Below, piece by piece: positions 9,536 through 17,511 of a stretch of 32,000 bases of DNA. The position numbers were made by a program, and so were the translations under genes. The first letter of the stretch is position 1. Each line of letters starts with the position of its first letter. Under the pieces are notes generated by a model that had not been told where the DNA came from, made no database searches, and worked only from the letters and a program-made list of their open reading frames with translations. The stretch is from an uncultured Erysipelotrichaceae bacterium (lineage in GTDB: Bacteria; Bacillota_I; Bacilli_A; Erysipelotrichales; Erysipelotrichaceae), in assembly GCA_964401865.1 (NCBI GenBank), contig CAYNZZ010000003.1, positions 60,001 to 92,000 of the forward strand. Direction: 5' to 3'.

Positions 9536-10839
9536 TAGTGAATATTATAGGTGGTGGATTAGCTGGTTCAGAAGCTGCATGGCAGTTGGCTAACCATGGT
9601 GTAAAGGTTAATCTATACGAATGTAAAAAGATTAAACGCCACGATGCGTTTAAAACTGATTTATTAGCTGAGCTAATCTGCTCAAATTCTTTGCGTAGTG
9701 ACAACATCGAAAATGCAGTTGGTTTATTAAAAAATGAGATGCGTAGTCTTAATTCTTTGATTATGGAATCGGCTGATGCAAATAAAGTTGAAGCCGGGTC
9801 TTCTCTAGCGGTTGATAGAATAGCATTTTCAAAGTATATTACTGAAAAAATAGTTAATCATCCAAATATTAATTTAATCGATGAAGAAATTAAAGAAATT
9901 GATATCAATATTCCTACTATCGTTGCGGCTGGACCGCTATGTGATGGCGAGTTATCATCGTCAATTCAAAAATTGTGTGATAAAGATTATTTATATTTTT
10001 ATGATGCTGTTTCACCAATAATTGAAAAAAGTAGTATTGATTTTAACCATGCATACTATAAATCACGTTGGGACGACGAAGGTAAAGGTGATTATATCAA
10101 CTGTCCGCTAACCAAAGAAGAATTTGATGTGTTTTATGATGCGGTAATTAATGCCGAGACGATAAATGTCAAAGAAATGGATAGAGAAATTTACTTTGAA
10201 GGGTGTATGCCGTTTGAAGCAATGGCCAAAAGAGGCGTAAAGACTTTATTGTTTGGTCCGATGAAACCGGTTGGTCTTAGATATAATGGTATTAGTCCGT
10301 ATGCTGTTGTTCAACTAAGAAAAGATAATGCGATTGATACTCTTTATAATATTGTTGGATTTCAGACACATTTAACTTTTAAAGAACAAAAAAGAGTCTT
10401 AAGTTTAATACCGGCTTTGAAGAATGCGAATATTGTAAGGTATGGGGTTATGCATAGAAACACATATATTAATTCGCCGAGAGTTTTAAATGGTCATTAC
10501 CAAATGATCAAATATCCTAACATATTCTTTGCTGGTCAAATAAGCGGTGTTGAAGGATATGTTGAAAGTGCAGCTAGTGGTTTATATAGTGCTCTTTCTA
10601 TGTATCAATACATAAACGGAATAGAAGTTAAGGAGTTAAATGCATCGACAATGATGGGTGCGATGGCTTTGTATATTTCTAATCCTAATATCGAAAAATT
10701 AGTGCCTATGAATGCAAATTTTGGTATTTTCACATGCGATAAAGAATACAACAAGCAGAATAAAAAGCAAGTTTTTGTTGAAGAATCAAATAGAAATATT
10801 ACTGAATATAAGGAGTATTTGACTTGTTTGAACATTTAG
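9532..10839 (+). CDS. trmFO: methylenetetrahydrofolate--tRNA-(uracil54-C5)-methyltransferase TrmFO
   Basis: VNIIGGGLAGSEAAWQLA FAD-binding N-terminus, ELICSNSLRS, FFAGQISGVEGYVESAASG. ATGA overlap with topA. Confidence 0.95.
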   Translation: MIVNIIGGGLAGSEAAWQLANHGVKVNLYECKKIKRHDAFKTDLLAELICSNSLRSDNIENAVGLLKNEMRSLNSLIMESADANKVEAGSSLAVDRIAFSKYITEKIVNHPNINLIDEEIKEIDINIPTIVAAGPLCDGELSSSIQKLCDKDYLYFYDAVSPIIEKSSIDFNHAYYKSRWDDEGKGDYINCPLTKEEFDVFYDAVINAETINVKEMDREIYFEGCMPFEAMAKRGVKTLLFGPMKPVGLRYNGISPYAVVQLRKDNAIDTLYNIVGFQTHLTFKEQKRVLSLIPALKNANIVRYGVMHRNTYINSPRVLNGHYQMIKYPNIFFAGQISGVEGYVESAASGLYSALSMYQYINGIEVKELNASTMMGAMALYISNPNIEKLVPMNANFGIFTCDKEYNKQNKKQVFVEESNRNITEYKEYLTCLNI

Positions 10840-11726
10840 ATGACTTTATTCACTATTTGTCGATTACTCGTAGTAATTCAAAGTGTACCAGCGATGCTTA
10901 TCGTCGCGACATTGCGCGGTTTATAACTTTTTTAAAAGATAATAACTATGAAAGTTTAGATATTGATAAGGATGTTGTTTATGCGTATATCGAAGAGCTA
11001 AGGGGGCAAAAAATAACTAGAAGTGTCATTTCAAATGCAACTTTTGCAAGGAACATGGCTGCTTTGAGGTCTTTTTATCGCTATTTAACTAAATATGAAA
11101 TAGTAAGTGAAAATCCTTTTTTGTCCATGCGACACATCAAAGTTGAAAAACACTTGCCAGATGTTTTAACTTTTGAACAGATGAATCATCTTTTAAGTTC
11201 CTTTGATATGAACGAACCAATTGAGCTTAGAAATCGCGCTATTATCGAAACGATATATGCCTGTGGACTTAGAATTTCCGAATGTTTAAACATCAAAATT
11301 AAAGATATCGATAGAACTGATTTGACATTAAGAGTAATAGGAAAGGGCGACAAAGAGAGAATAGTGCCCTTTTATCCACGATTGATGGATATTATAGATG
11401 AATATATTGTCAATTATCGTTCCTTGTATGTCGATGATGGTTTTCCGTACCTTTTTGTATCTAAACAACATAAAAAAATGAGTCCTAGAACTGTTCAACT
11501 AATGCTTCAGGAAGTGCAAAAGAAAGCTGATTTTAAAATAAATTTACACCCTCATATGCTTAGGCATTCCTTCGCCACCCACCTTTTAGACAATGGTGCA
11601 GACTTAAGAGTAGTGCAGGAATTGTTGGGGCACGCTAACTTATCAACAACGCAAATATATACTCATTTGACTTATGATAGACTAAAAAATGCAGTTAATA
11701 ACGCACATCCTCATAGTTTGAAGTAG
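10824..11726 (+). CDS. xerC: tyrosine recombinase XerC/CodV
   Basis: Catalytic pattern R (GLRISE), K (GKGDKER), HxxR (HMLRHSFATH), R/H (LGHANLSTTQIYTH). Position after trmFO marks it as the housekeeping chromosome-dimer resolvase. TTG start. Confidence 0.88.
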   Translation: MFEHLDDFIHYLSITRSNSKCTSDAYRRDIARFITFLKDNNYESLDIDKDVVYAYIEELRGQKITRSVISNATFARNMAALRSFYRYLTKYEIVSENPFLSMRHIKVEKHLPDVLTFEQMNHLLSSFDMNEPIELRNRAIIETIYACGLRISECLNIKIKDIDRTDLTLRVIGKGDKERIVPFYPRLMDIIDEYIVNYRSLYVDDGFPYLFVSKQHKKMSPRTVQLMLQEVQKKADFKINLHPHMLRHSFATHLLDNGADLRVVQELLGHANLSTTQIYTHLTYDRLKNAVNNAHPHSLK

Positions 11727-11762
11727 AAAACATGATATATTATTGACAAGGAGAATTTGATT

Positions 11763-13385
11763 ATGGAAGAGTTTATAACGGTAATAGGTCATAAAAACCC
11801 TGACACTGATAGTATAGCTAGTTCTTTGGCTTATGCTGATTTGAAACAAAAGCTAGGAATAAATGCTGTTGCAGGTAGGCTAGGAACATTAAATGAAGAA
11901 ACTAAATTTGCCACTCGTTTTTTTAATATTGATGCTCCAAATGTCATCAAGGATGCTCGCAAGACATTGGCAGAGATAAAAATGGATGAGCCAGTTATCA
12001 TCAATCACAATGCTTCGTGTAATGATGCTCTTAAAAAAGTTGTTCAAACTAACAATAAGACTTTATATGTAGTTAATGATAATGAAGAGTTAGAAGGAAT
12101 TATTTCAGTGAGTGATTTATCAAGCTTAAGACTTAATCCGAAAAATACTAGAGCCATCTTATTCCAAAATACTAATTTAGACTTATTGGTTCACGATCTA
12201 GACGGCGAGTTGTTGGTTAGACCAAAAGTGTTCAATAACAACGGTATTGTAAATGTGGTAAGTATTTCGACTTTCGATTACGTCGACACAATAGAGAATA
12301 CGATATTTATTTTGCCGGTTAATGAAGAACTAGCTTATAAAGCCATTGATGATAAGGCTGCTTGTCTGATTTTTTCGCATGGTGAAGATTTATCTAATGA
12401 ATTGATTGAAAAAGCCAAAAACAGTGGTGTTGCAATTATTAAAACTGATTCTTCGATTATGGATATTGCGATGAATATTTATGAAGCTATTCCAGTTTCA
12501 TCTATCATGAGTAAGAATTTGAAGACTTACCAAAAAGATGAGTATGTCGATGATGTAGCTAGATCGATTGTTAATACTAGGTATCGTAGCTATCCGGTAT
12601 TGGACGGTAAGAAGATTCTAGGTTCAATTTCCCGTTTTCATCTGTTTAAATATCCTCGTAAAAAACTTATTTTAGTTGACCATAGTTCTAAGGGACAAAG
12701 CATTGATAATATCGATTCAGCAGAAATTGTTGAAATTATTGACCATCACCATATCGGTAATATCGAAACCAACAAGCCAATATATTATCGTAATCAATGC
12801 TGCGGATGTACTTCAACGATTATCTTACAGATGTATAAGGAAAACAATCTTCTTCCTGATAAAAGTATTGCTGGTATGATGTTATCGGCTATAATTTCTG
12901 ATACATTAAATTTTAAGTCTGAAACAACAAGAGACGAAGATCGCCACGCTGCTGAACAACTCGCTGAGATCGCCGGTGTTGATTTGAAAGAGTATGCCAA
13001 AATGTTATTAGAATCATCGGTTAATCTTAAAGATGCTAATGTTAAAGAATTGATTTCTCGTGATTTGAAACATTATGAATTTGGAAAAGTTAAAATCGCT
13101 GTTGGACAAACTAATTATCGAAATGTTGATGATATTCAATATCGTCTTAAAGAAATTCAAAGTACAATGGAACATGAACAAGTCAATAACAATTATGAGT
13201 TAATGATAATGATGTTTACTCATGTAATGGGCGAAGGAACGATGTTCCTATTCTATGGACCGAAGTCATATATTATGAAAGATGTTGTCGAAACAGTTTT
13301 TGATGATCATTCTGGCTTTGACCATAATATTATGTCGCGTAAGCAACAACTGATTCCAATGCTTACTGATATGTTAAATAGTTAA
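11763..13385 (+). CDS. CBS/DRTGG-domain-containing family II (DHH/DHHA2) inorganic pyrophosphatase
   Basis: VIGHKNPDTDSIASSLAYA (DHH motif I), internal CBS-DRTGG-CBS insert, VDHS...IIDHHH (DHH motif), DHHA2 C-terminus. ATG 11763 is preferred over the TTG at 11757. Confidence 0.85.
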   Translation: MEEFITVIGHKNPDTDSIASSLAYADLKQKLGINAVAGRLGTLNEETKFATRFFNIDAPNVIKDARKTLAEIKMDEPVIINHNASCNDALKKVVQTNNKTLYVVNDNEELEGIISVSDLSSLRLNPKNTRAILFQNTNLDLLVHDLDGELLVRPKVFNNNGIVNVVSISTFDYVDTIENTIFILPVNEELAYKAIDDKAACLIFSHGEDLSNELIEKAKNSGVAIIKTDSSIMDIAMNIYEAIPVSSIMSKNLKTYQKDEYVDDVARSIVNTRYRSYPVLDGKKILGSISRFHLFKYPRKKLILVDHSSKGQSIDNIDSAEIVEIIDHHHIGNIETNKPIYYRNQCCGCTSTIILQMYKENNLLPDKSIAGMMLSAIISDTLNFKSETTRDEDRHAAEQLAEIAGVDLKEYAKMLLESSVNLKDANVKELISRDLKHYEFGKVKIAVGQTNYRNVDDIQYRLKEIQSTMEHEQVNNNYELMIMMFTHVMGEGTMFLFYGPKSYIMKDVVETVFDDHSGFDHNIMSRKQQLIPMLTDMLNS

Positions 13386-13406
13386 ATTATTTTAAGGGGG
13401 GAAAAC

Positions 13407-14154
13407 ATGAAAAAGATATGTATAGCTTTAATGGTTTTGATGCTGGTAACTGGTTGTTCAAGCAACAGCGTCAATCTAGATAAATTAAGTCCTGAGGAAC
13501 AGTATCAAGTTGTTCAAGAAAAAAATGCAAGAATTGACTAGTGCTGAAACTAAGATTTCTGTTGATTTAAAGATGGAATATAATGGTGAAGTTTCTTCAG
13601 AAACTTATTCCATGACCATGAAAATGGCTGATATGGATAAGCAGGAAAAACTATCTGCTCAAATCACTACATCAGTCGAAGGTTATGATATGGATATGTT
13701 TTTCAAGGATGGATACTTATATTTTGAAATGATGGGTATTAAAATTAAAAGCAAAATGACTGATGACATTATGTCTAGTTATATCGAAGAATATACCAAT
13801 CAATCAAATATAGAAGATGAGATGCTCATAGATATCAAATCAGAAAAAGTTGGTGATGACTATGTGTTGAGTTTTAAAATGTCAGATGAAGAAATCAATG
13901 ATTTAATCAACACTTATCTAGGTAGCTTAGTTGAGGAAATCGGCGATGTTAAAACAGATATTTCTATTAATTCTGTGACAATAACAGTAGACAAGGATGC
14001 TCATATCAAAGAACAGAATGTCGAAATGGGAATCGTCATTGAAGTAGATGGCGAGAAGATGGAACTTAACTTAGTTACTTCTGTTGAATACAGCAATTTA
14101 AATAAGACTAAGATTGATTTTCCAAAAGATTTGGATGAATATAAAGAATATTAA
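13407..14154 (+). pseudogene. lipoprotein gene split by a -1/+2 frame change at an A7 tract (as assembled)
   Basis: ATG 13407 with RBS AAGGGGGG encodes MKKICIALMVLMLVTGC (lipobox VTGC) and stops at TAG 13539-13541. The 214-aa body (13510-14154) is in the next frame. The two frames join if A7 (13519-13525) becomes A6. Confidence 0.75.
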
Positions 14155-14165
14155 AAGGAAAAAAC

Positions 14166-14194
14166 TTGACTAAAGGAGCTGCATTAAGTATTAT
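14166..14194 (+). promoter_or_regulatory. candidate promoter for rpmG-secE-nusG
   Basis: TTGACT (14166-14171), 17 nt spacer, TATTAT (14189-14194). Confidence 0.5.
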
Positions 14195-14245
14195 GTAGTT
14201 GTTATTAGACGAGTTTTAATAACTTTTTTATTAGGAGGAAAAGAC

Positions 14246-14401
14246 GTGGCAAATAAAGACCGAGTTATACTAACGTGCACAGAATGTTTATCGCGTAATT
14301 ACTCTACACATAAAAATAAGAAAACTGCAAACGAACGTTTAGAGCTTATGAAATTCTGTAAAAGATGCAATAAGCATACATTACATAAGGAAACTAAATA
14401 G
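14246..14401 (+). CDS. rpmG: 50S ribosomal protein L33 (Cys-containing, zinc-ribbon form)
   Basis: Absent from the ORF track (51 aa). GTG start 8 nt after [57 protein letters not shown]. Immediately upstream of secE-nusG as in most bacteria. Confidence 0.92.
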   Translation: MANKDRVILTCTECLSRNYSTHKNKKTANERLELMKFCKRCNKHTLHKETK

Positions 14402-14411
14402 GAGGCATACT

Positions 14412-14594
14412 ATGAGTTGGTTTAGTTTTAGTGGCATCACGAAGGAAATTAAGAAAATTCGTTGGCCACAAAAAAATGATTTATTTTCAAATTCTAGTCA
14501 AGTAATTATTTTTACATTATTCTTTGGCTTATTCTTTATTGCATGTGAATTTATTATTTCGCTATTATTGAGATTGTTAGGGGTAATTGGTTAA
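14412..14594 (+). CDS. secE: preprotein translocase subunit SecE
   Basis: 60 aa. EIKKIRWPQKNDL motif followed by a single TM helix. TAATG coupling to nusG. Confidence 0.9.
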   Translation: MSWFSFSGITKEIKKIRWPQKNDLFSNSSQVIIFTLFFGLFFIACEFIISLLLRLLGVIG

Positions 14595-15139
14595 TGGCAA
14601 ACGAGAAAAAAGAATGGTATGTAGTAAATACGTATGCAGGTCATGAAAATCGTGTAAAAGATTATTTGGAAAAAAGATTGGAAACTATGGGTATTGCCGA
14701 TAATCTATTCCAGATTATCGTTGCTGAAGAAACACAAATCGAAGTCAAAAACAAAAAGAGTAAAGAAGTGGTAAAAAATATTTTTCCTGGTTATGTTTTT
14801 GTTGAAATGATTATGACTGATGAAGCTTGGTATGTAGTAAGAAATACTCCAGGTGTAACAGGATTTATCGGTTCTTCTGGTGGCGGGGCAAAACCATTCC
14901 CGGTTGCAAAAAGCGAAATCGAAAATGTATTGCGAAGAATCGGCAAGTCAGATAAGAATGTCGAGGTTCAATTTGCGGTTGGTGACACAGTTAAGATTTT
15001 ATCTGGTCCATTCTCTGGCATGGAAGGTATTGTTGACTACATGAACGATCAAAGCCAAGTAGCTACAGTATTGATTATTTTGTTTGGTAGAGAAACTCCG
15101 ACTGATATTAGCTATATCGATTTAGAAAAAGCTTTATAA
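14594..15139 (+). CDS. nusG: transcription termination/antitermination factor NusG
   Basis: KKEWYVVNTYAGHENRV NGN domain, FPGYVFVEM, C-terminal KOW (GDTVKILSGPFSGMEGIV). Confidence 0.96.
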   Translation: MANEKKEWYVVNTYAGHENRVKDYLEKRLETMGIADNLFQIIVAEETQIEVKNKKSKEVVKNIFPGYVFVEMIMTDEAWYVVRNTPGVTGFIGSSGGGAKPFPVAKSEIENVLRRIGKSDKNVEVQFAVGDTVKILSGPFSGMEGIVDYMNDQSQVATVLIILFGRETPTDISYIDLEKAL

Positions 15140-15164
15140 TGCATGAATTTTCATGCATTTTTTA
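15139..15164 (+). terminator. rho-independent terminator after nusG
   Basis: ATGCATGAA/TTCATGCAT inverted repeat followed by TTTTTTATT. Confidence 0.7.
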
Positions 15165-15193
15165 TTGCATATTTAGTAATATTTGATTATAAT
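15165..15193 (+). promoter_or_regulatory. promoter for rplK-rplA
   Basis: TTGCAT (15165-15170), 17 nt spacer, TATAAT (15188-15193). Confidence 0.6.
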
Positions 15194-15202
15194 GTTAAGG
15201 CG

Positions 15203-15237
15203 TGTGGAAGGAGTGCAACTACTCCAATATGACCACA
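15203..15237 (+). promoter_or_regulatory. candidate L1-binding autoregulatory leader structure
   Basis: Nested helices UGUGG-AA-GGAGU-GCAACU-ACUCC-AAUAUGA-CCACA lie in the rplK 5' UTR, GC-rich against an AT-rich background. The two-helix/internal-loop architecture recalls the L1 mRNA/rRNA site. Confidence 0.35.
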
Positions 15238-15258
15238 ACCATAAAAGGAGGAAAAATT

Positions 15259-15675
15259 ATGGCAAAGAAAGTTGCAAAAGTTTGCAAACTTCAATTTGAA
15301 GCCGGTGGAGCAAGACCGGGACCTGCACTTGCATCAGCAGGTATTAATATGCCTCAATTCTGTACGGCATTTAATGATGCAACTAAAGATCGTAAGGGCG
15401 ATATTGTTCCAGTTATTATTACTGCTTACGAAGACAAGTCATTTGATTTTGTTTTAAAAACATCTCCTGTTCCAAGCTTATTGAAAAAAGCTGCTAAAGT
15501 TTCTAAGGGTTCTGGAAATCCAAAGACTACTGTTGCAGGTACTATCACTAAGACTCAACTTAGAGAAATTGCTGAGTATAAAATGCCAGATTTAAATGCT
15601 AACGATGTTGAAGCTGCTATGCGTATTGTAGAAGGTACAGCTAGAAACATGGGCATCAAGGTAGAAGGAGAGTAA
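15259..15675 (+). CDS. rplK: 50S ribosomal protein L11
   Basis: [38 protein letters not shown] 15259 follows AAAGGAGG. The track start at 15202 is an upstream extension. Confidence 0.96.
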   Translation: MAKKVAKVCKLQFEAGGARPGPALASAGINMPQFCTAFNDATKDRKGDIVPVIITAYEDKSFDFVLKTSPVPSLLKKAAKVSKGSGNPKTTVAGTITKTQLREIAEYKMPDLNANDVEAAMRIVEGTARNMGIKVEGE

Positions 15676-15679
15676 TCAA

Positions 15680-16363
15680 ATGCCAAAACACGGAAAGAAT
15701 TATATTAACTCTTCAAAACTAATCGAAAAAGGCAAATTATATCCTGTTGCTGAAGCTGTAGCATTAGTTAAGAAGACTTCTTATGAAAAATTTGATACAA
15801 CAATTAATGTATCATTCAAGTTAAACGTTGACCCTCGTCATGCCGATCAACAAATTCGTGGTGCTATGGTATTACCTAATGGTACAGGTCGTAGTCAAAA
15901 AGTATTGGTAGTTACTCAAGGCGCAAAAGAAGAAGAAGCTAAAAAAGCTGGAGCTGATTTTGTAGGTGGTAAAGAAATTCTTGAAGACATCAAAAAAGGA
16001 TGGTTTGAATTTGATGTTATCGTAGCTACTCCAGATATGATGGGTGAGTTAGGTAAATTGGGTAAAATATTAGGTCCTAAAGGTTTAATGCCAAATCCAA
16101 AAACTGGTACAGTAACGATGAATGTTGCTAATGCTATTGAAGAAATCAAAAAAGGTAAGATTGAATACCGCGTTGATAAAGAAGGTAATATCAATTGCAT
16201 GATTGGTAAAGCATCTTTCAGTGAAGAAGCGTTAAAAGAAAATTTTGATGCTCTTTATGGTGCAATCGCGAAGGCTCGTCCAGCTGCAGTTAAAGGTGTA
16301 TATATTCAAAGTGTTACACTGTCTTGCACAATGGGTCCTGGCATTAAAGTTCTTGCTGACTAA
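15680..16363 (+). CDS. rplA: 50S ribosomal protein L1
   Basis: 227 aa. [33 protein letters not shown] and [15 protein letters not shown] motifs. Confidence 0.97.
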   Translation: MPKHGKNYINSSKLIEKGKLYPVAEAVALVKKTSYEKFDTTINVSFKLNVDPRHADQQIRGAMVLPNGTGRSQKVLVVTQGAKEEEAKKAGADFVGGKEILEDIKKGWFEFDVIVATPDMMGELGKLGKILGPKGLMPNPKTGTVTMNVANAIEEIKKGKIEYRVDKEGNINCMIGKASFSEEALKENFDALYGAIAKARPAAVKGVYIQSVTLSCTMGPGIKVLAD

Positions 16364-16377
16364 TTAAATTAAGTGTT

Positions 16378-16410
16378 AAAACTCTCAATATTATATTGGG
16401 AGTTTTTTTA
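16378..16410 (+). terminator. rho-independent terminator after rplA
   Basis: ACTCTCAATA-TTA-TATTGGGAGT 10 bp stem (one G-U pair) followed by T7. Confidence 0.8.
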
Positions 16411-16431
16411 ATTTAAGCGGTATCATTTTTA

Positions 16432-16460
16432 TTGTAAAAATTTTCATTATACACTATAAT
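16432..16460 (+). promoter_or_regulatory. promoter for the ytxG-like/ytxH-like/ccpA unit
   Basis: TTGTAA (16432-16437), 17 nt spacer, TATAAT (16455-16460). RBS GAGGTGAGG lies before ATG 16479. Confidence 0.55.
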
Positions 16461-16478
16461 TTATTAAGAGGTGAGGAA

Positions 16479-16877
16479 ATGGATGCATTTATTGTAGCAG
16501 CTAGTGAGTTATCAAATCAGTTAATTCCTATTTTTGGACTAATTGTTTTGATTATATTGATTGTGTTACTGGTAAAGTTAAGCAAATTTGTTAATACATT
16601 AGATAATACGATCAAAAAGACAGACACTACTATTGATTTAGTCGATCAAAGTCTCATTAAAGTTCAATCTCCACTCGATACTGTTGTAAAGATATCTAAT
16701 ACTGTTGATAAGGCTCATGACGCAACATTGGAGGCTGTTTCTAATACTAAGGAGTATTTGAGTAAGAATGCCGATAATATCAAGAGCAAGATCAAGGATG
16801 TTCAAGAGAGCATTAAAGAAAAAACTAAGAAAACTAGTAAAGAACCAAGTCCTGAGGACATAATAGGAGGAAAATAA
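16479..16877 (+). CDS. DUF948/YtxG-like membrane-anchored coiled-coil protein
   Basis: N-terminal TM helix (IPIFGLIVLIILIVLLV) followed by the LSKFVNTLDNTIKKTDTTIDLVDQ helical region typical of DUF948. Synteny with ccpA as for Bacillus ytxGHJ. Confidence 0.6.
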   Translation: MDAFIVAASELSNQLIPIFGLIVLIILIVLLVKLSKFVNTLDNTIKKTDTTIDLVDQSLIKVQSPLDTVVKISNTVDKAHDATLEAVSNTKEYLSKNADNIKSKIKDVQESIKEKTKKTSKEPSPEDIIGGK

Positions 16878-16878
16878 T

Positions 16879-17511
16879 ATGAATAATGAAGAACAAAAAC
16901 GCATTGAAGAATCAGTTGAAGCTACAGTTGAAGAAATGAAACGCAAGATTGATGAAATAACTGACAAAGCAGAAGAAATTGAAGATGCCGATCTTAAAAG
17001 ACAAGCCAAAGAAATCGCTTCAAAAGCTGTCGAGGTAATGACCAATGCTTGCGATAAACTTGTTAATATCGCTAACGAAGTTAAAGATTCTGAGCAATTA
17101 AAAAATGCAGTTGAGTTTGTTTCTACTAAGTCAAAAGAAATAGCAGATGCTACTATCAAGAAGATTGAGGATATCAAAAATAATCCGAATGTTAAAAAGA
17201 CAGTATCTGATGCTGGCCAGTTTGTAAAGAATTCTAGTGATAAGATCGAAGCTAAGATTAGTGAAAAAATTGATGCAATTAAAGAAAACAAAGAAATTAT
17301 GGATGTTGTAAATACAGTTGGTGATTTCACTAGCAAGACATTCAATAATGTTAAAGATGGTATTGAATCATTTATGAGCAAACCAGAAGTAAATGAAAAG
17401 ATCGAAAAAGCAAAGGATGTTACAATCGATGTTGCTGAAAAAGGTTTGGATGCTTTAAAGAAGTGGTTGAGACCAGAAGAAAATAAAGAAGGCCAAGACG
17501 GAGAAAAATAA
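16879..17511 (+). CDS. K/E/D-rich helical protein, YtxH/general-stress-like, no TM segment
   Basis: 210 aa of charged amphipathic-helix sequence. Starts 1 nt after the previous stop; its stop overlaps the ccpA ATG (TAATG). Family assignment rests on composition and synteny only. Confidence 0.4.
   Translation: MNNEEQKRIEESVEATVEEMKRKIDEITDKAEEIEDADLKRQAKEIASKAVEVMTNACDKLVNIANEVKDSEQLKNAVEFVSTKSKEIADATIKKIEDIKNNPNVKKTVSDAGQFVKNSSDKIEAKISEKIDAIKENKEIMDVVNTVGDFTSKTFNNVKDGIESFMSKPEVNEKIEKAKDVTIDVAEKGLDALKKWLRPEENKEGQDGEK

Noticed and set aside
10824-11726. Tyrosine recombinase as a marker of an integrated mobile element
   Set aside because: It occupies the conserved topA-trmFO-xerC(codV) position. 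There are no flanking att-like repeats, phage genes or transposon genes. It is the housekeeping XerC.
11727-11762. A dif (XerCD) site, or DnaA-box clusters, near xerC
   Set aside because: I saw no sequence resembling the Firmicute dif consensus as I recall it. The single TTATCCACG inside xerC (about 11366-11374) is isolated, with no cluster.
16638-17381. 247-aa ORF antisense to the ytxG-like and ytxH-like genes
   Set aside because: Its S/L/F/I-rich low-complexity translation is the expected mirror image of GAA/AAA/GAT-rich sense codons. It has no RBS or promoter, and the sense strand carries coupled genes with good signals.
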